Of a DNA stretch of 64,000 nt, positions 47,959 through 59,140 are shown piece by piece. The stretch spans positions 288,001 through 352,000 of the forward strand of contig CAVOXA010000001.1 in NCBI GenBank assembly GCA_963700285.1, written 5' to 3'. The stretch is from an uncultured Chloroflexia bacterium (lineage in GTDB: Bacteria > Chloroflexota > Anaerolineae > JAAYZQ01). The translations under genes and the position numbers were made by a program. Positions within the stretch are counted from its first letter, which is position 1; the number at the start of each line of letters is the position of its first letter. The notes below the pieces were generated by a model. The model searched no databases and was not told where the DNA came from. It saw only the letters and a program-made list of their open reading frames with translations.

Positions 47959-49125
47959 ATGTTGCGCTTTTTGACTGCTGGCGAGTCCCATGGCCCGGGT
48001 CTGACGGCAATCCTGGAAGGCTTGCCCGCGGGCATATGCCTGCGAGAAGATGACATAAACGTCCAGTTGGGCAAGAGACAGAAGGGATTTGGCAGCGGTG
48101 GCCGGATGCGGATCGAGCAGGATCAGATCCGTTTCACCGGCGGCTTGTTGGGCGGCAAGACCACGGGGGCCCCGCTGGCCATGCAATTCGAGAACAAAGA
48201 CTGGGCCAACTGGCGCGAACGCGATATCTCACCCATGACCATCCCCCGGCCGGGTCACGCCGACCTGACGGGGGCGATCAAGTATGGCTATCGGGACCTG
48301 CGGCTGGCATTGGAGCGGGCCAGCGCCCGGGAGACGGCTGCCCGCGTGGCGGTCGGCGCGGTCTGCCAGCAACTGCTGGCAGAGGTCGGCATCATCGTCG
48401 GCAGTTATGTCGTGCGGATTGGCAGCGCCTCGGCGGCGCTTCCTGAGGAACTGAGCTACACCGAGCGGTTCGCCCAGGCTGAGGAAAGCAACGTGCGTTG
48501 TCCGGATCCGGTTGCCGGGGAGGCCATGTACGCCTGCATCCGCGAGGCAATGGCCGCCAAAGATACCCTGGGCGGTGTATTTGAGGTCGTCGCACTTGGG
48601 CTGCCACCCGGGTTGGGCAGCCACGTCCACTGGGACCGACGGCTCGATGCCCGCTTGATGGGGGCTGTGGGTTCCATCCAGGCCGTCAAGGGCGTGGAGA
48701 TCGGCCCCGCGTTTGAGAATGCGGCCAAACGTGGTACAGAGGTGCACGACGAGATCCTGGAGGAAGAGGAACTGCTTGTCCGGCCGACCAACCGCGCCGG
48801 CGGTTTTGAAGGCGGTATCACTACCGGGCAGCCGGTGGTCGTGCGGGCGGCGATGAAACCTATCTCAACGACGCTGACTCCTCTGCGGTCGGTCGATCTG
48901 GCCACCGGCCAGCCGGCTGCGACACGCTATGAACGGTCGGATACCTGTGCCGTGCCTCGCGCAGCCGTCGTGGGTGAGGCGATGGTCGCGTTTGTCCTGG
49001 CCGATGCCCTTCTGGACAAATTGGGGGGAGACAGCCTGGCTGAGATGCGACCCCGTTTCACCGCTCTCCGGCGCGGTACCCTCCGAGATCTGGAGATGGA
49101 CAATGTATCCTGGCGATTCTCCTAG
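47959..49125 (+). CDS. aroC: Chorismate synthase
   Basis: MLRFLTAGESHG, PRPGHADL, ERASARETA, NRAGGFEGG, AMKPIST, RSDTCAVP. Confidence 0.96.
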   Translation: MLRFLTAGESHGPGLTAILEGLPAGICLREDDINVQLGKRQKGFGSGGRMRIEQDQIRFTGGLLGGKTTGAPLAMQFENKDWANWRERDISPMTIPRPGHADLTGAIKYGYRDLRLALERASARETAARVAVGAVCQQLLAEVGIIVGSYVVRIGSASAALPEELSYTERFAQAEESNVRCPDPVAGEAMYACIREAMAAKDTLGGVFEVVALGLPPGLGSHVHWDRRLDARLMGAVGSIQAVKGVEIGPAFENAAKRGTEVHDEILEEEELLVRPTNRAGGFEGGITTGQPVVVRAAMKPISTTLTPLRSVDLATGQPAATRYERSDTCAVPRAAVVGEAMVAFVLADALLDKLGGDSLAEMRPRFTALRRGTLRDLEMDNVSWRFS

Positions 49126-50704
49126 ACTGGGAACCAAGAACCTGATCCTCACCGGTTTCATGGGCACCGGCAAGACGGCTGTGGGACAGGATTTGGCCCG
49201 CCGCCTGGGCAGAGAGTTCCTGGATATGGATGCCCTCATCGCAGATCGAGAGGGCATGAGCGTGGCCGAAATCTTTGGCCGAAGGGGCGAGGAGCGCTTC
49301 CGCCTCCTGGAGGTCGAGCTCTGCCGGGAGCTGGCTGCCAAACAGAATCTCGTGATCGCCAGCGGGGGTGGAGCACTGTTACCGGAGGCTAACGCGGAAA
49401 TCTTGAGCGCCAGCGGTCCGATTGTGTGCCTCAGCGCCTCGCCAGACGAGATCCTGCGCAGGCTGGAGGGCGTCCGGGACCGGCCCCTGCTCGAAGCTCC
49501 TGACCGGGAGGCCCGCATCGCCGCACTGCTGATGCAGCGGGAGGAGGCCTACGAGCGTATCCCGTTGCAGATTGATACCACGGGACGGACAGTCGCCCAG
49601 GTTGCCGATCAGGTCTTGGCCCTGGCGGGTACCGCTTCGTTCCAGCGCATACCTGTGAGCCATCCAGGCGGCGAATATCCGATCTATCTGGGTGGAGGCC
49701 TGCTGGCCCAGGCTGGAGACCTATTACGAACACGGGACGTAGGCGACCAGATTGTGCTGGTTTCCACGCCCCCTGTGGGCGAGCGCTACGCTGCGACGGT
49801 CACCGGTAGTTTGGAGCGCGCAGGTTACCGCGTGGCCACCAGTACCGTGCCAGATGGTGAGGTTCACAAGACGCTGGAAACGGTGCGGGTGCTCTACGAT
49901 ACTTTTATCGAGGCCGGGCTGGACCGGCGCGGGGCGTTGCTGGCCCTGGGTGGGGGAGTCGTAGGCGACATGGCGGGTTTTGCTGCGGCCACCTACCTTC
50001 GGGGCGTAGCCTTGGTTCAGTGCCCCACCAGCTTGTTGTCGATGGTGGACAGTAGTATCGGTGGCAAGGTGGCTGTGGATCACCCGCGGGGTAAGAACCT
50101 GATCGGTGCCTTCAAACAGCCCGAGTTGGTGATTATTGATCCCGAGACGCTGTCCACCCTTCCTGCCAGAGAGGTTGCCAGTGGCCTGGCCGAGGTTGTG
50201 AAGACGGGCCTAATTGGTGATCCTGATTTGTTTGAACAGATTGAGCGATACGGACCGGCCCCGATACGCTGGATCATCGAGCGGGCACTGCGGGTCAAGG
50301 CCGGTGTTGTTCAAGAGGATCCCTACGAGCGTGGCCGCCGGGCGGTGCTCAACTTGGGACACACCTTTGGTCACGCGTTGGAGCTGTTGAGCGACTACAG
50401 GCTGTCCCACGGCGAGGGGGTCAGTATTGGGCTGGTGGCGGCGTCGCGGCTGTCAGCCAGGCTGGGGCTTTGCAGCCCGGCTCTTGCCAGACGTGTTGAG
50501 CAAGTACTGGCGCGTCTGGACCTGCCAACGCGGTATCGGGGCCATGCACCAGAGCAGATCTGGCAGGCCATGGCCACGGACAAGAAGCGCAGGGGAAAGA
50601 CATTGCGCTTTATCCTGCTTCGAGCTGTAGGTGAGGTCCTGACGACTGACCAGGTGAGACAGGAGGACGTGTTGGCTGTTTTGGAGATGTTGAGCGAAGG
50701 CTGA
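49103..50704 (+). CDS. aroKB: Bifunctional shikimate kinase / 3-dehydroquinate synthase
   Basis: N-terminal LTGFMGTGKT...RPLL kinase; C-terminal LGGGVVGDMAGF, PTSLLSMVDSSIGGK, KNLIGAF, LNLGHTFGHA. Confidence 0.92.
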   Translation: MYPGDSPRLGTKNLILTGFMGTGKTAVGQDLARRLGREFLDMDALIADREGMSVAEIFGRRGEERFRLLEVELCRELAAKQNLVIASGGGALLPEANAEILSASGPIVCLSASPDEILRRLEGVRDRPLLEAPDREARIAALLMQREEAYERIPLQIDTTGRTVAQVADQVLALAGTASFQRIPVSHPGGEYPIYLGGGLLAQAGDLLRTRDVGDQIVLVSTPPVGERYAATVTGSLERAGYRVATSTVPDGEVHKTLETVRVLYDTFIEAGLDRRGALLALGGGVVGDMAGFAAATYLRGVALVQCPTSLLSMVDSSIGGKVAVDHPRGKNLIGAFKQPELVIIDPETLSTLPAREVASGLAEVVKTGLIGDPDLFEQIERYGPAPIRWIIERALRVKAGVVQEDPYERGRRAVLNLGHTFGHALELLSDYRLSHGEGVSIGLVAASRLSARLGLCSPALARRVEQVLARLDLPTRYRGHAPEQIWQAMATDKKRRGKTLRFILLRAVGEVLTTDQVRQEDVLAVLEMLSEG

Positions 50705-50756
50705 GGCGTGGGGCGTGACAGGCGATGCGTACATTGCGCAATAGGGGAGAAAAACG

Positions 50757-51224
50757 ATGTGGCAGATACAGGTGATCCACGGACCCAATCTGAATCTCTT
50801 TGGGAGGCGCGAGCCTGCTATCTATGGCCGAGTGACACTGGCTGAGATCGATGAGCGATTGCAGGCCCAGGCTGCTGAGGCCGGGGTAGCGTTGCGGACT
50901 TTTCAATCCAACCATGAGGGAGCCATCGTCGATGTCGTGCAGCAAGCGGCCGGATGGGCTCATGGCCTGGTGATCAATCCCGGCGCCCATACCCACTACT
51001 CCTATGCCATTCGGGACGCCATCGCGGGTGTTGCTCTGCCGGCTGTGGAGGTGCACCTGTCCAACGTCCACGCCCGCGAACCCTTCCGGCGCACGTCGGT
51101 CATCGCGCCGGTGTGCGTGGGACAGATCTGCGGCTTTGGCTGGCGGAGCTATGGGCTGGGACTGGAAGCACTGCTAGACCACCTTCAAGATGCAATGGCC
51201 AGCGGCAAAGCAGAATCTCGGTGA
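50757..51224 (+). CDS. aroQ: Type II 3-dehydroquinate dehydratase
   Basis: [48 protein letters not shown]. Confidence 0.95.
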   Translation: MWQIQVIHGPNLNLFGRREPAIYGRVTLAEIDERLQAQAAEAGVALRTFQSNHEGAIVDVVQQAAGWAHGLVINPGAHTHYSYAIRDAIAGVALPAVEVHLSNVHAREPFRRTSVIAPVCVGQICGFGWRSYGLGLEALLDHLQDAMASGKAESR

Positions 51225-51273
51225 AGGGTGCTGCTCTTTGGGCAGTTGGACCGCGCTCGATAGGAGGGGAACG

Positions 51274-52692
51274 GTGGGAACACTGATCGTCAAGTTTGGC
51301 GGTACCTCGGTCGGTAGCGCCGAGGCCCTTACTCAGGCATCTGGTATTGTGCAGGCACAGGCCAGGGACTGGGATCGCCTGGTGGTGGTCGTCTCGGCCA
51401 TGAGAGGGGTGACAGATTCCTTGATCCGTGGCGCGCGTACGGCTGCTTCCGGCGACGATCAAGTCTATCGATCTACGGTCACGGATCTGCGCGTACTCCA
51501 CTATCGGGCCGTGGATGCCCTGCTCCTTTCTGACAGCGAACGCACCCAATTGCTGGCGAGGGTAGACGAGTACCTGGACGAGTTCTCCGCTTTTTGCCAC
51601 AGTGTCTACATTTTGGGCGAGGCCACGTCGCGGGCCATGGATGCAGTCACCTCGTTGGGTGAGCGGATTAACGCACGCCTCATGGCTGCTCTGCTGCGCC
51701 AGGGTGGCCTGCGCAGTGAGGCTGTGGATGCCACCGCGGTGATCGTCACCGACGATACCTTTCAAAACGCCGTCCCGCTGATGGAGGCCAGCCGAACTCA
51801 GGCTTCCGCACGTCTGGGCCCGTTGTTAGACGAGGGCGTGGTGCCGGTCGTGACCGGTTTTATCGGAGCCACGGAGAAGGGTATCACGACGACCTTGGGG
51901 CGGGGCGGCAGTGACTATAGCGCGGCGATTCTGGGGGCTTGCCTGGACGCCGATGAAGTCTGGACCTGGACAGACGTGGACGGTGTGATGACGGCTGACC
52001 CGAATATGGTAGCGGAGGCGCGGGTGATCCCTACGCTTTCGTACAGCGAGGTAGGCGAGCTTGCCTACTTTGGGGCCAAGGTGCTGCATCCGCGGACCAT
52101 CCGTCCCGTCGTGGAGCGTGGCATTCCACTCCGGGTCAAGAATACCTTCAATCCGGCCTCTCCTGGTACCCGCATTGTCCGCGAGCCGGAAAGCACGCCT
52201 GGGACCGTCAAGGCGGTGACTGCCATCAAAGGCCTGAGCCTGGTGACGGTGGAGGGTCGAGGTATGATGGGGGTACCGGGCATCGCTGCACGTACTTTTT
52301 CGGCGGTCGCCAGTCAGGGCACCAGCGTGTTGATGATCTCCCAGTCCTCGTCGGAGCAGTCTATCTCATTTGTCATCCCTATGGATGCGGTCGTACCAGT
52401 GGTCAAGGCCATTGAGCGAGAGATGGCCTTGGAGCTGGCCCGACGGGACATAGATCGTGTCTGGTCGCTGGACGATGTGGTGATCGTGAGCGCGGTGGGA
52501 ACGGGCATGCGTGGTACTCCAGGTGTTGCTCAGCGCATCTTTGGCGCACTGGGTGAGGGGGATATCAATGTGATCGCGATTGCCCAGGGTTCATCAGAAT
52601 GCAGCATATCGCTCGTGGTCAAAGCCGAGGCTGCGGTCGACGCCGTGCGAAGGATTCACGATCAGGTGCTGCTTATCAATGGAGTATCTTGA
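51274..52692 (+). CDS. lysC: Aspartate kinase (two ACT domains)
   Basis: KFGGTSVG, VVVVSAM, TTLGRGGSDYSA, TDVDGVMTADP, FGAKVLHP; GTG 51274 after AGGAGGGG. Confidence 0.93.
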   Translation: MGTLIVKFGGTSVGSAEALTQASGIVQAQARDWDRLVVVVSAMRGVTDSLIRGARTAASGDDQVYRSTVTDLRVLHYRAVDALLLSDSERTQLLARVDEYLDEFSAFCHSVYILGEATSRAMDAVTSLGERINARLMAALLRQGGLRSEAVDATAVIVTDDTFQNAVPLMEASRTQASARLGPLLDEGVVPVVTGFIGATEKGITTTLGRGGSDYSAAILGACLDADEVWTWTDVDGVMTADPNMVAEARVIPTLSYSEVGELAYFGAKVLHPRTIRPVVERGIPLRVKNTFNPASPGTRIVREPESTPGTVKAVTAIKGLSLVTVEGRGMMGVPGIAARTFSAVASQGTSVLMISQSSSEQSISFVIPMDAVVPVVKAIEREMALELARRDIDRVWSLDDVVIVSAVGTGMRGTPGVAQRIFGALGEGDINVIAIAQGSSECSISLVVKAEAAVDAVRRIHDQVLLINGVS

Positions 52693-52715
52693 CTGATTCC
52701 GGGAGGTTACACTGG

Positions 52716-53849
52716 ATGAAGAACTATGGCTACGCATCCGTCCAGGAATTCCTCGACGATCGTATTGTCTATCGAAACCTGGTACCCTCTGATCCCCGGT
52801 TGCCACCGGTGTCAGAGGTGCGCCGGAAGATAGGGTTGCCACCTGGCCTGGTCCCGCGCAAAACTGCACCAGAGTACGCCCAGGTCATCGTCCATCTGCT
52901 CCAGCAGGCGCGGGCTCTCGATATGCCTGGCATCCCTATCCAGCGCCTGGTCTACGTAGGCGACACACCCATGAACGATGGAACGGCATTCACAAATATC
53001 AGTGATGCGGGAAACTGGCCGGGTCTGGCCTTTATTGGTTCTGATCGCGATGAACCGGCTCGCGTGGAACTGGTCGAACGTGAGAGGGGGATGCTCTACG
53101 TGGCGAACCGCTGGGGGGCGCTCTCGGACTTTCGGCAGTTCTGTCGCGACCGGAGCTTTCCGGTGGACGAGGGGACGGCCGTCATTGTTGACCTGGACAA
53201 GACGGCCGTGGGGGCGCGAGGACGCAACGATCATGTCATCGATCAAGCCCGTGTTGAGGCTGTGCGCCGGACGGTTGGCGATCTGTTGGGCGATGAGTTT
53301 GACCCGGAGAGCTTTCAGACAGCCTATGACTGCCTGAACCAACTCGAGTTCCACCCGTTCACCGCCGACAATCAAGACTATTTGGCCTACATCTGCCTGA
53401 TCTTGGGCAGTGGCCTGTATTCATTGGACGGCCTGGTGGCCGACGTGCGGGCGGATCGGGTGGCAGCCTTTCAACAGTTTATCGCTAAAGTGGACGATCA
53501 GGCTGGCGAGTTGCCTGCCAGTCTGCGGCAGATACACAGCGACATCCATGACCGTGTGTTGCAAGGCGATCCGACCCCTTTCAAGGCGTTTCGTTACACA
53601 GAGTATCTGGTCACAGTGGAAAAGATGGGTTGGTTGGCGGAAAGTGCAACGATTGATGCGTTGCTTGCGGACGAGCTTGTCATCACACAGGAGGTGCGAG
53701 AGACGGCACTGACCTGGCTTGGCCAAGGGGCATTGCTCTTTGGTCTCTCGGACAAACCTGATGAGGCATCCATCCCGACCAGTGACCTTGCCGCTCAAGG
53801 ATACCGGCCGATCCACCGAATGGATACTCGCGCTGTAGGAACTGTATGA
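52716..53849 (+). CDS. Uncharacterised HAD-like protein with permuted motif order
   Basis: RKTAPEY...[11 protein letters not shown] near the N-terminus, IVDLDKT in the middle, LFGLSDKP near the C-terminus; ATG 52716 after GGGAGG. Confidence 0.6.
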   Translation: MKNYGYASVQEFLDDRIVYRNLVPSDPRLPPVSEVRRKIGLPPGLVPRKTAPEYAQVIVHLLQQARALDMPGIPIQRLVYVGDTPMNDGTAFTNISDAGNWPGLAFIGSDRDEPARVELVERERGMLYVANRWGALSDFRQFCRDRSFPVDEGTAVIVDLDKTAVGARGRNDHVIDQARVEAVRRTVGDLLGDEFDPESFQTAYDCLNQLEFHPFTADNQDYLAYICLILGSGLYSLDGLVADVRADRVAAFQQFIAKVDDQAGELPASLRQIHSDIHDRVLQGDPTPFKAFRYTEYLVTVEKMGWLAESATIDALLADELVITQEVRETALTWLGQGALLFGLSDKPDEASIPTSDLAAQGYRPIHRMDTRAVGTV

Positions 53850-53934
53850 TGACCCAGGATGGGTGAAGAAGAGCAGGGCATGGCTTGCACCTCGGGAGGC
53901 CTGGCTTTCTTTGCCCGGTTTGGAGGTGGCGTTC

Positions 53935-55257
53935 ATGGGCTACAATAGCTGGCTCGAATGTGTCCGCGGCTGCGGCCGTCGATACTCCATCTATGATGTG
54001 GTCTATCGCTGCGAGGATTGCGGTGGCTTGTTGGATGTGGAGCACGATCTGGACGCACTCAAGGATCGCAGCGCCGCTGACTGGCGACAGCTTTTTGACC
54101 GCCGGATACGGACCAATGAGTGGCCCTACGGGAGTGGTGTATGGGGCAAGAAGGAGTGGGTCTGCCCCGAGGTGGCCAACGACAACGTCGTCTCGATGTA
54201 TGAGGGGCACACCAACTGTTTCTGGGCAGAGCGCCTTGGGAAGGAGATCGGCGTGTCCGACCTTTGGGTCAAGCTGTCGGGGAATAGCCACACCGGTTCC
54301 TTCAAAGACCTGGGGATGACGGTGTTGATCTCTGTAGTACGGCAGATGATGGCTGATGGAAAACCGATTCGCGCCGTCGCCTGTGCATCCACCGGTGATA
54401 CCTCGGCAGCGCTGGCAGCCTACGGCGCTGCTGCTGGCATCCCTACGATCGTGTTTCTGCCCCGTGGCAGAGTCTCTACCGCCCAGTTGGTACAGCCCAT
54501 CGCGCACGGCGCGCTGGTACTGGCGTTGGATACCGACTTTGATGGTTGCATGCGCATTGTGCGCGAGGTCACCGCAGATCAGACCATCTACCTGGCAAAC
54601 TCGATGAACTCGCTGCGGATGGAGGGACAAAAGACAGTCGGCATTGAGATAGCTCAGCAATTCGATTGGCAGGCTCCGGACTGGCTCATCATCCCAGCGG
54701 GCAATCTGGGCAACGTTAGCGCCCTGGGCAAGGGACTGCTGATGATGCGGGAATTGGGTCTGATAGATAGGCTGCCGCGCATTGCCTGCGCCCAGGCGGC
54801 CCACGCCAACCCCCTCTACCTCAGCTATCTCACGGGCTTTGAAGAGTACATGTCTGTGTCCGCGGCCGAGACCCTGGCCACCGCCATCCAGATCGGTGAG
54901 CCGGTGAGCTATGAGCGAGCTGTCAAGGTGCTGCAGGCCTTTGACGGCGTGGTCGAGCAGGCTACCGAAGATGAACTGGCCAATGCTGCTGCTGCTGCCG
55001 ACCGTGCGGGCCTGTATAGTTGTCCTCAAACCGGTGTGGCTCTGGCGGTACTGGATAAATTGATTGCTCGTGGAGAGATTCTGCCTGAACATCGCGTGGT
55101 TGTCATCTCTACTGCCCATGGCCTCAAGTTCACTCGCTTCAAGGTCGGATATCACGAACAAGCACAGGTGGAAGTCGTGGCCCAGCACGCCAATCCGCCG
55201 GTGGAGCTGCCGGCTGACACCAGATCTGTGCTCCGGGCCATCGAGCAGGCTCTTTGA
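53935..55257 (+). CDS. thrC: Threonine synthase
   Basis: [57 protein letters not shown]. Confidence 0.93.
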   Translation: MGYNSWLECVRGCGRRYSIYDVVYRCEDCGGLLDVEHDLDALKDRSAADWRQLFDRRIRTNEWPYGSGVWGKKEWVCPEVANDNVVSMYEGHTNCFWAERLGKEIGVSDLWVKLSGNSHTGSFKDLGMTVLISVVRQMMADGKPIRAVACASTGDTSAALAAYGAAAGIPTIVFLPRGRVSTAQLVQPIAHGALVLALDTDFDGCMRIVREVTADQTIYLANSMNSLRMEGQKTVGIEIAQQFDWQAPDWLIIPAGNLGNVSALGKGLLMMRELGLIDRLPRIACAQAAHANPLYLSYLTGFEEYMSVSAAETLATAIQIGEPVSYERAVKVLQAFDGVVEQATEDELANAAAAADRAGLYSCPQTGVALAVLDKLIARGEILPEHRVVVISTAHGLKFTRFKVGYHEQAQVEVVAQHANPPVELPADTRSVLRAIEQAL

Positions 55258-55402
55258 ACGAACTTCTGACAGATTGCCTGGAACCGAAAGGTTTGTGTCA
55301 GGCTCGCATTCACTTTCGTGAGGACGACGCACAGTTCTGGTGATAACCGGTCAATTCTGGCCATGCCAGGCATGCCCGAAAGCCCTCAGCCAAAATGCTG
55401 AC

Positions 55403-55431
55403 TTGACAAATACCGCGGACTGTGGTATAAG
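55403..55431 (+). promoter_or_regulatory. sigma70 promoter of the ilv-leu operon
   Basis: TTGACA-17 nt-TATAAG with an extended TG. Confidence 0.75.
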
Positions 55432-55493
55432 AGCGCGATGTGAAGGTGACTGAGTCATGGCTCCAGTGGGCCGTGGCCGAAAGTGAGAGTGCA

Positions 55494-55598
55494 GTGCTCC
55501 AAGCCTTATACCTTGCCCAACTGGTCATCGTTATTCTGTTGTTGGTTGAGCTCCTTGGGATTAAGGAGCAATTGGCCGTTGGGAGGGTTTCTGCATAG
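55494..55598 (+). CDS. Putative ilv/leu leader peptide (MLQALYLAQLVIVILLLVELLGIKEQLAVGRVSA)
   Basis: Run CTG GTC ATC GTT ATT CTG TTG TTG GTT at 55521-55547; stop TAG 55596; in-frame GTG starts at 55440, 55446, 55473 and 55494. Confidence 0.75.
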   Translation: MLQALYLAQLVIVILLLVELLGIKEQLAVGRVSA

Positions 55599-55621
55599 CA
55601 GATACACACAGCAAACAGGCG

Positions 55622-55650
55622 AGGGCCTCCCACAAGGGAGGCCTTTTTTT
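55622..55650 (+). terminator. Attenuator terminator of the ilv leader
   Basis: AGGGCCTCCC-ACAA-GGGAGGCC-TTTTTTT, upstream of ilvD. Confidence 0.88.
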
Positions 55651-55717
55651 GCGCTAGACCTGTTTCCGTCGGCCGCCGATGGGCAGGGGTAGAAAGACAG
55701 AGCCAGAGAGGAGAAAA

Positions 55718-57382
55718 ATGAGAAGCGACGCTGTCAAGCGCGGGGTGGAGCGGGCACCCCACCGGTCGTTGTTGAGGGCATTGGGCTGCACCGACCGGGA
55801 GATGGATCAACCATTCATTGGTGTCATCAATTCCTATAACGAGGCGATCCCTGGCCATATGGGGCTGCGGCCGATCGCAGATGCTGTCAAAGCGGGAGTT
55901 CGTATGGCTGGCGGCACTCCCTTTGAGAGCAACACCATTGGCGTGTGCGATGGACTGGCCATGAACCACATGGGTATGAAGTACTCGCTGCCCAGCCGCG
56001 AACTGATCGCCGATTCTGTCGAGGTCGTTGCGCAGGCGCATGCTTTTGACGCGCTGGTCTTGATTCCAAATTGTGACAAGATCATCCCCGGCATGCTGAT
56101 GGCTGCTGCCCGGCTCAACTTGCCGGCGATCGTCGTCAGTGGCGGGCCGATGCTCGCCGGCCGCCTGGATGGCCGGCAGGTTGATCTGGCCGACGTTTTT
56201 ATGGCCGTGGGGGCCGTAGCCCGTGGCGAGATGGACGAAGAGGAATTGAGTCGCCTGGAGCAAGCGGCTTGTCCCGGCTGTGGCTCCTGTTCAGGGATGT
56301 TTACGGCCAATACCATGAACTGTCTGACCGAGTCGTTGGGTCTGGGACTGCCTGGCAATGGGACGATCCCGGCGATTCACGCTGCCCGGTTGGCACTGGC
56401 CAAGCAGGCAGGCATGCAGGTCATGGAGCTGCTGGCTCGCGACATCAAGCCCCTGGACATCCTTACCCCCGCTGCCTTTCGCAATGCTTTTGCTGCCGAC
56501 ATGGCCCTTGGCGGTTCGACCAACTCGGTGCTGCACTTGATGGCTATCGCCCATGAGGCCGGAGTCCACATTCCGCTGCACGAACTCAATGACTACAGTG
56601 ACCGCACCCCGCATCTCTGCAAGATGAGCCCAGCGGCGGGAGGCCACCATATCGAGGATCTGAACGACGCTGGCGGCATCCCGGCGGTGATGCGGCGGCT
56701 TCTGGATGGTGATCTGCTAGAGGGCGATGCCCTCACGGTCACAGGACGAAGTGTGGCTGGCAATCTGGCCAGGGTCAAGGTTCGTGACGAACGTGTGATT
56801 CGCCCCCTCGATGCGCCCTATGCTGCTACCGGCGGCTTGGCCATCCTCTTTGGCAACCTCGCGCCGGATGGTGCTGTAGTCAAGCAGGCGGTGGTCGCGC
56901 CCGAGATGCGCCAGCACAGGGGCCCGGCACGTGTCTTTGAATCGGAAGAATCAGCTACAGCGGCCATCATGGCCAGGGAGTTTTCCGAAGGAGACGTGCT
57001 GGTCATCCGGTACGAAGGACCCAAGGGCGGCCCGGGCATGCGCGAGATGCTTACGGCAACCTCGCTACTTTCAGGCATGGGCTTGGATGACAAGGTGGCC
57101 CTGTTGACCGACGGGCGCTTTTCAGGCGCGACCCGAGGGGCGGCGATTGGTCACATCTCGCCCGAAGCGGCCGAGCGCGGACCGCTGGCGGTGGTTCGCG
57201 ATGGCGATCCCATCCGCATTGACATCCCCAACCGGACGCTTGACCTGGATCTGCCTGTGGCCGAGATCGACCAGCGCTTGGCAGATCTGCCGGTCTGGGA
57301 ACCGCCGATCCGGTCCGGCTACCTGCGTCGCTACGCCCAGGCTGTCACCTCGGCCTGCACTGGGGCGGTCTTTCAGGAGTGA
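55718..57382 (+). CDS. ilvD: Dihydroxy-acid dehydratase
   Basis: [60 protein letters not shown]. Confidence 0.96.
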   Translation: MRSDAVKRGVERAPHRSLLRALGCTDREMDQPFIGVINSYNEAIPGHMGLRPIADAVKAGVRMAGGTPFESNTIGVCDGLAMNHMGMKYSLPSRELIADSVEVVAQAHAFDALVLIPNCDKIIPGMLMAAARLNLPAIVVSGGPMLAGRLDGRQVDLADVFMAVGAVARGEMDEEELSRLEQAACPGCGSCSGMFTANTMNCLTESLGLGLPGNGTIPAIHAARLALAKQAGMQVMELLARDIKPLDILTPAAFRNAFAADMALGGSTNSVLHLMAIAHEAGVHIPLHELNDYSDRTPHLCKMSPAAGGHHIEDLNDAGGIPAVMRRLLDGDLLEGDALTVTGRSVAGNLARVKVRDERVIRPLDAPYAATGGLAILFGNLAPDGAVVKQAVVAPEMRQHRGPARVFESEESATAAIMAREFSEGDVLVIRYEGPKGGPGMREMLTATSLLSGMGLDDKVALLTDGRFSGATRGAAIGHISPEAAERGPLAVVRDGDPIRIDIPNRTLDLDLPVAEIDQRLADLPVWEPPIRSGYLRRYAQAVTSACTGAVFQE

Positions 57383-57424
57383 CCGTCCTGTGCCACATAA
57401 TCTGAAACACGAGGAGAGGATATT

Positions 57425-59129
57425 ATGAGACTGACAGGAGCACAAGCGGTCTGGGAGAGCGTTGTGCGTGAAGGTGTCGACCTGATCTTTGGGATCTCGG
57501 GTGGAGCCGTGATCCACCTGTATCACGCCTTGCCCGAATTCCCCATCCGTCACGTGCTTACGCGTCATGAGCAGGGTGCGGCTCACGCTGCTGATGGTTA
57601 CGCTCGGGCCACGGGCAAGGTTGGTGTCTGCATTGCCACCTCTGGCCCTGGGGCTACCAACCTGGTCACCGGTCTAGCGACAGCACAGATGGACTCTTCG
57701 CCCATGGTGGCCATCACCGGGCAGGTCGTGACGCCTCTCATTGGCACTGATGCCTTTCAAGAGACGGACATCACGGGCATCACCATGCCTATCACCAAGC
57801 ACAGCTACCTGGTCACCGACGTCGAGGACATACCGACCGTGATGAAAGAAGCCTTCCACATTGCCAGGAGCGGCCGGCCAGGCCCGGTGCTCGTCGATAT
57901 CGCCAAGGATGCCCAAGCTGCCGAACTGGACTATGTATACCCCGACGACGTGTATCTCCCGGGGTATCAGGCTGCCCGATTCGGACCTGTCCGCCGAAAT
58001 CGAGGAGATGGCGCGGATGATCGACGAAGCGAGTAGACCGCTGATCATCGCTGGGCATGGTGTGATCCTGGCAGGGGCCGAGGATGCGCTGCTCCAATTG
58101 GTTGAGCGGGGTAAGGTACCGGTGATCACCACGTTGTTGGGCATCGGGTCCATGCCGGAGATGCATCCGCTTTGCCTGGGCATGGCCGGGATGCATGGCG
58201 AGGCGTACACCAATCTGGCGATATCGGAGGCAGATTTGCTGATCTCCTTGGGCAGCCGCTTCGACGATCGCCTCACCGGACCCGTCAGCCAGTTCGGAGA
58301 GCATGCGCGCATCGTCCACGTGGATATCGACCCCGTCGAGATCGGCAAGACGGTCTGGCCGGATCTGGCGCTGGTGGGCGACCTGAAAGATGTTTTGCCA
58401 GCGCTTGTTCCGCTGGTTGGGAATGGCGGAGACGTGGACGCGCGCCGGCAGGGGCGGGAGGAGTGGCTGGCTCGCATCCAGGAATGGCGTGGAGAGTCGG
58501 CCAAGCGGGACATCGTGGAGCAGGAAACCGACGAAATGGTGCCCCAATACGTCATACGCCAACTGTGGGAAGCGACCCGCGGCGAGGCGCTGGTAGTCTC
58601 GGATGTTGGGCAGAACCAGATGTGGGAGGCGCAGTACTTTATCCATCATCGCAGGCGGGGGCTGCTTTCCTCCGGCGGTCTGGGTACGATGGGTTTTGCC
58701 CTTCCAGCGGCCATCGGCGCCCAAATGGGACGCCCTGATGAGCTGGTGTGGGTTACCGTGGGCGATGGCGGGTTTCAGATGAATATCCAGGAACTGGCGA
58801 CTGTTGCCCAGGAAAAGCTGCCCATCAAGATCGCTATTCTGAACAATGGCTACCTGGGGATGGTGCGCCAGTGGCAGCAGTTGTTCTTTGAAGGGCGCTA
58901 TTCCGGAACACCGCTGTTGGGACCGGATTTTGCCAAGGTTGCCGAGGCCTATGGCATAGCCGGTATCACAGTCCGGAATAAAACCGAGGTCGTGTCGGCC
59001 ATTAACGAGGCCAACTCTATTGAGGGACCTGTGTTGTTGGATTTTCTCGTTGAGCAGGAAGAGAACGTCTATCCCATGGTTGCCCCCGGTGGTCCTGTTC
59101 ACGATATGATCCGCCGACCGAGACCTTAG
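57425..59129 (+). CDS. ilvB: Acetolactate synthase large subunit (single frameshift near 57970)
   Basis: [15 protein letters not shown] and TSGPGATN in frame 1; [18 protein letters not shown] and GDGGFQMN in frame 2. Confidence 0.92.
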
Positions 59130-59140
59130 GAGGAGTGAGA

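Noticed and set aside
49103-50704. AroK-AroB fusion as a novelty
   Set aside because: This fusion is already known in several bacterial lineages.
53683-56263. Long antisense ORFs (e.g. 53683..55332, 55310..56263, 57813..59102, 10252..11355)
   Set aside because: They are shadow frames of well-supported genes in GC-rich DNA, with no recognisable motifs.
57950-57990. Programmed frameshift or true split of ilvB
   Set aside because: There is no slippery heptamer. A single extra base in an otherwise intact biosynthetic gene, in an assembly with many indels, is best explained as error.
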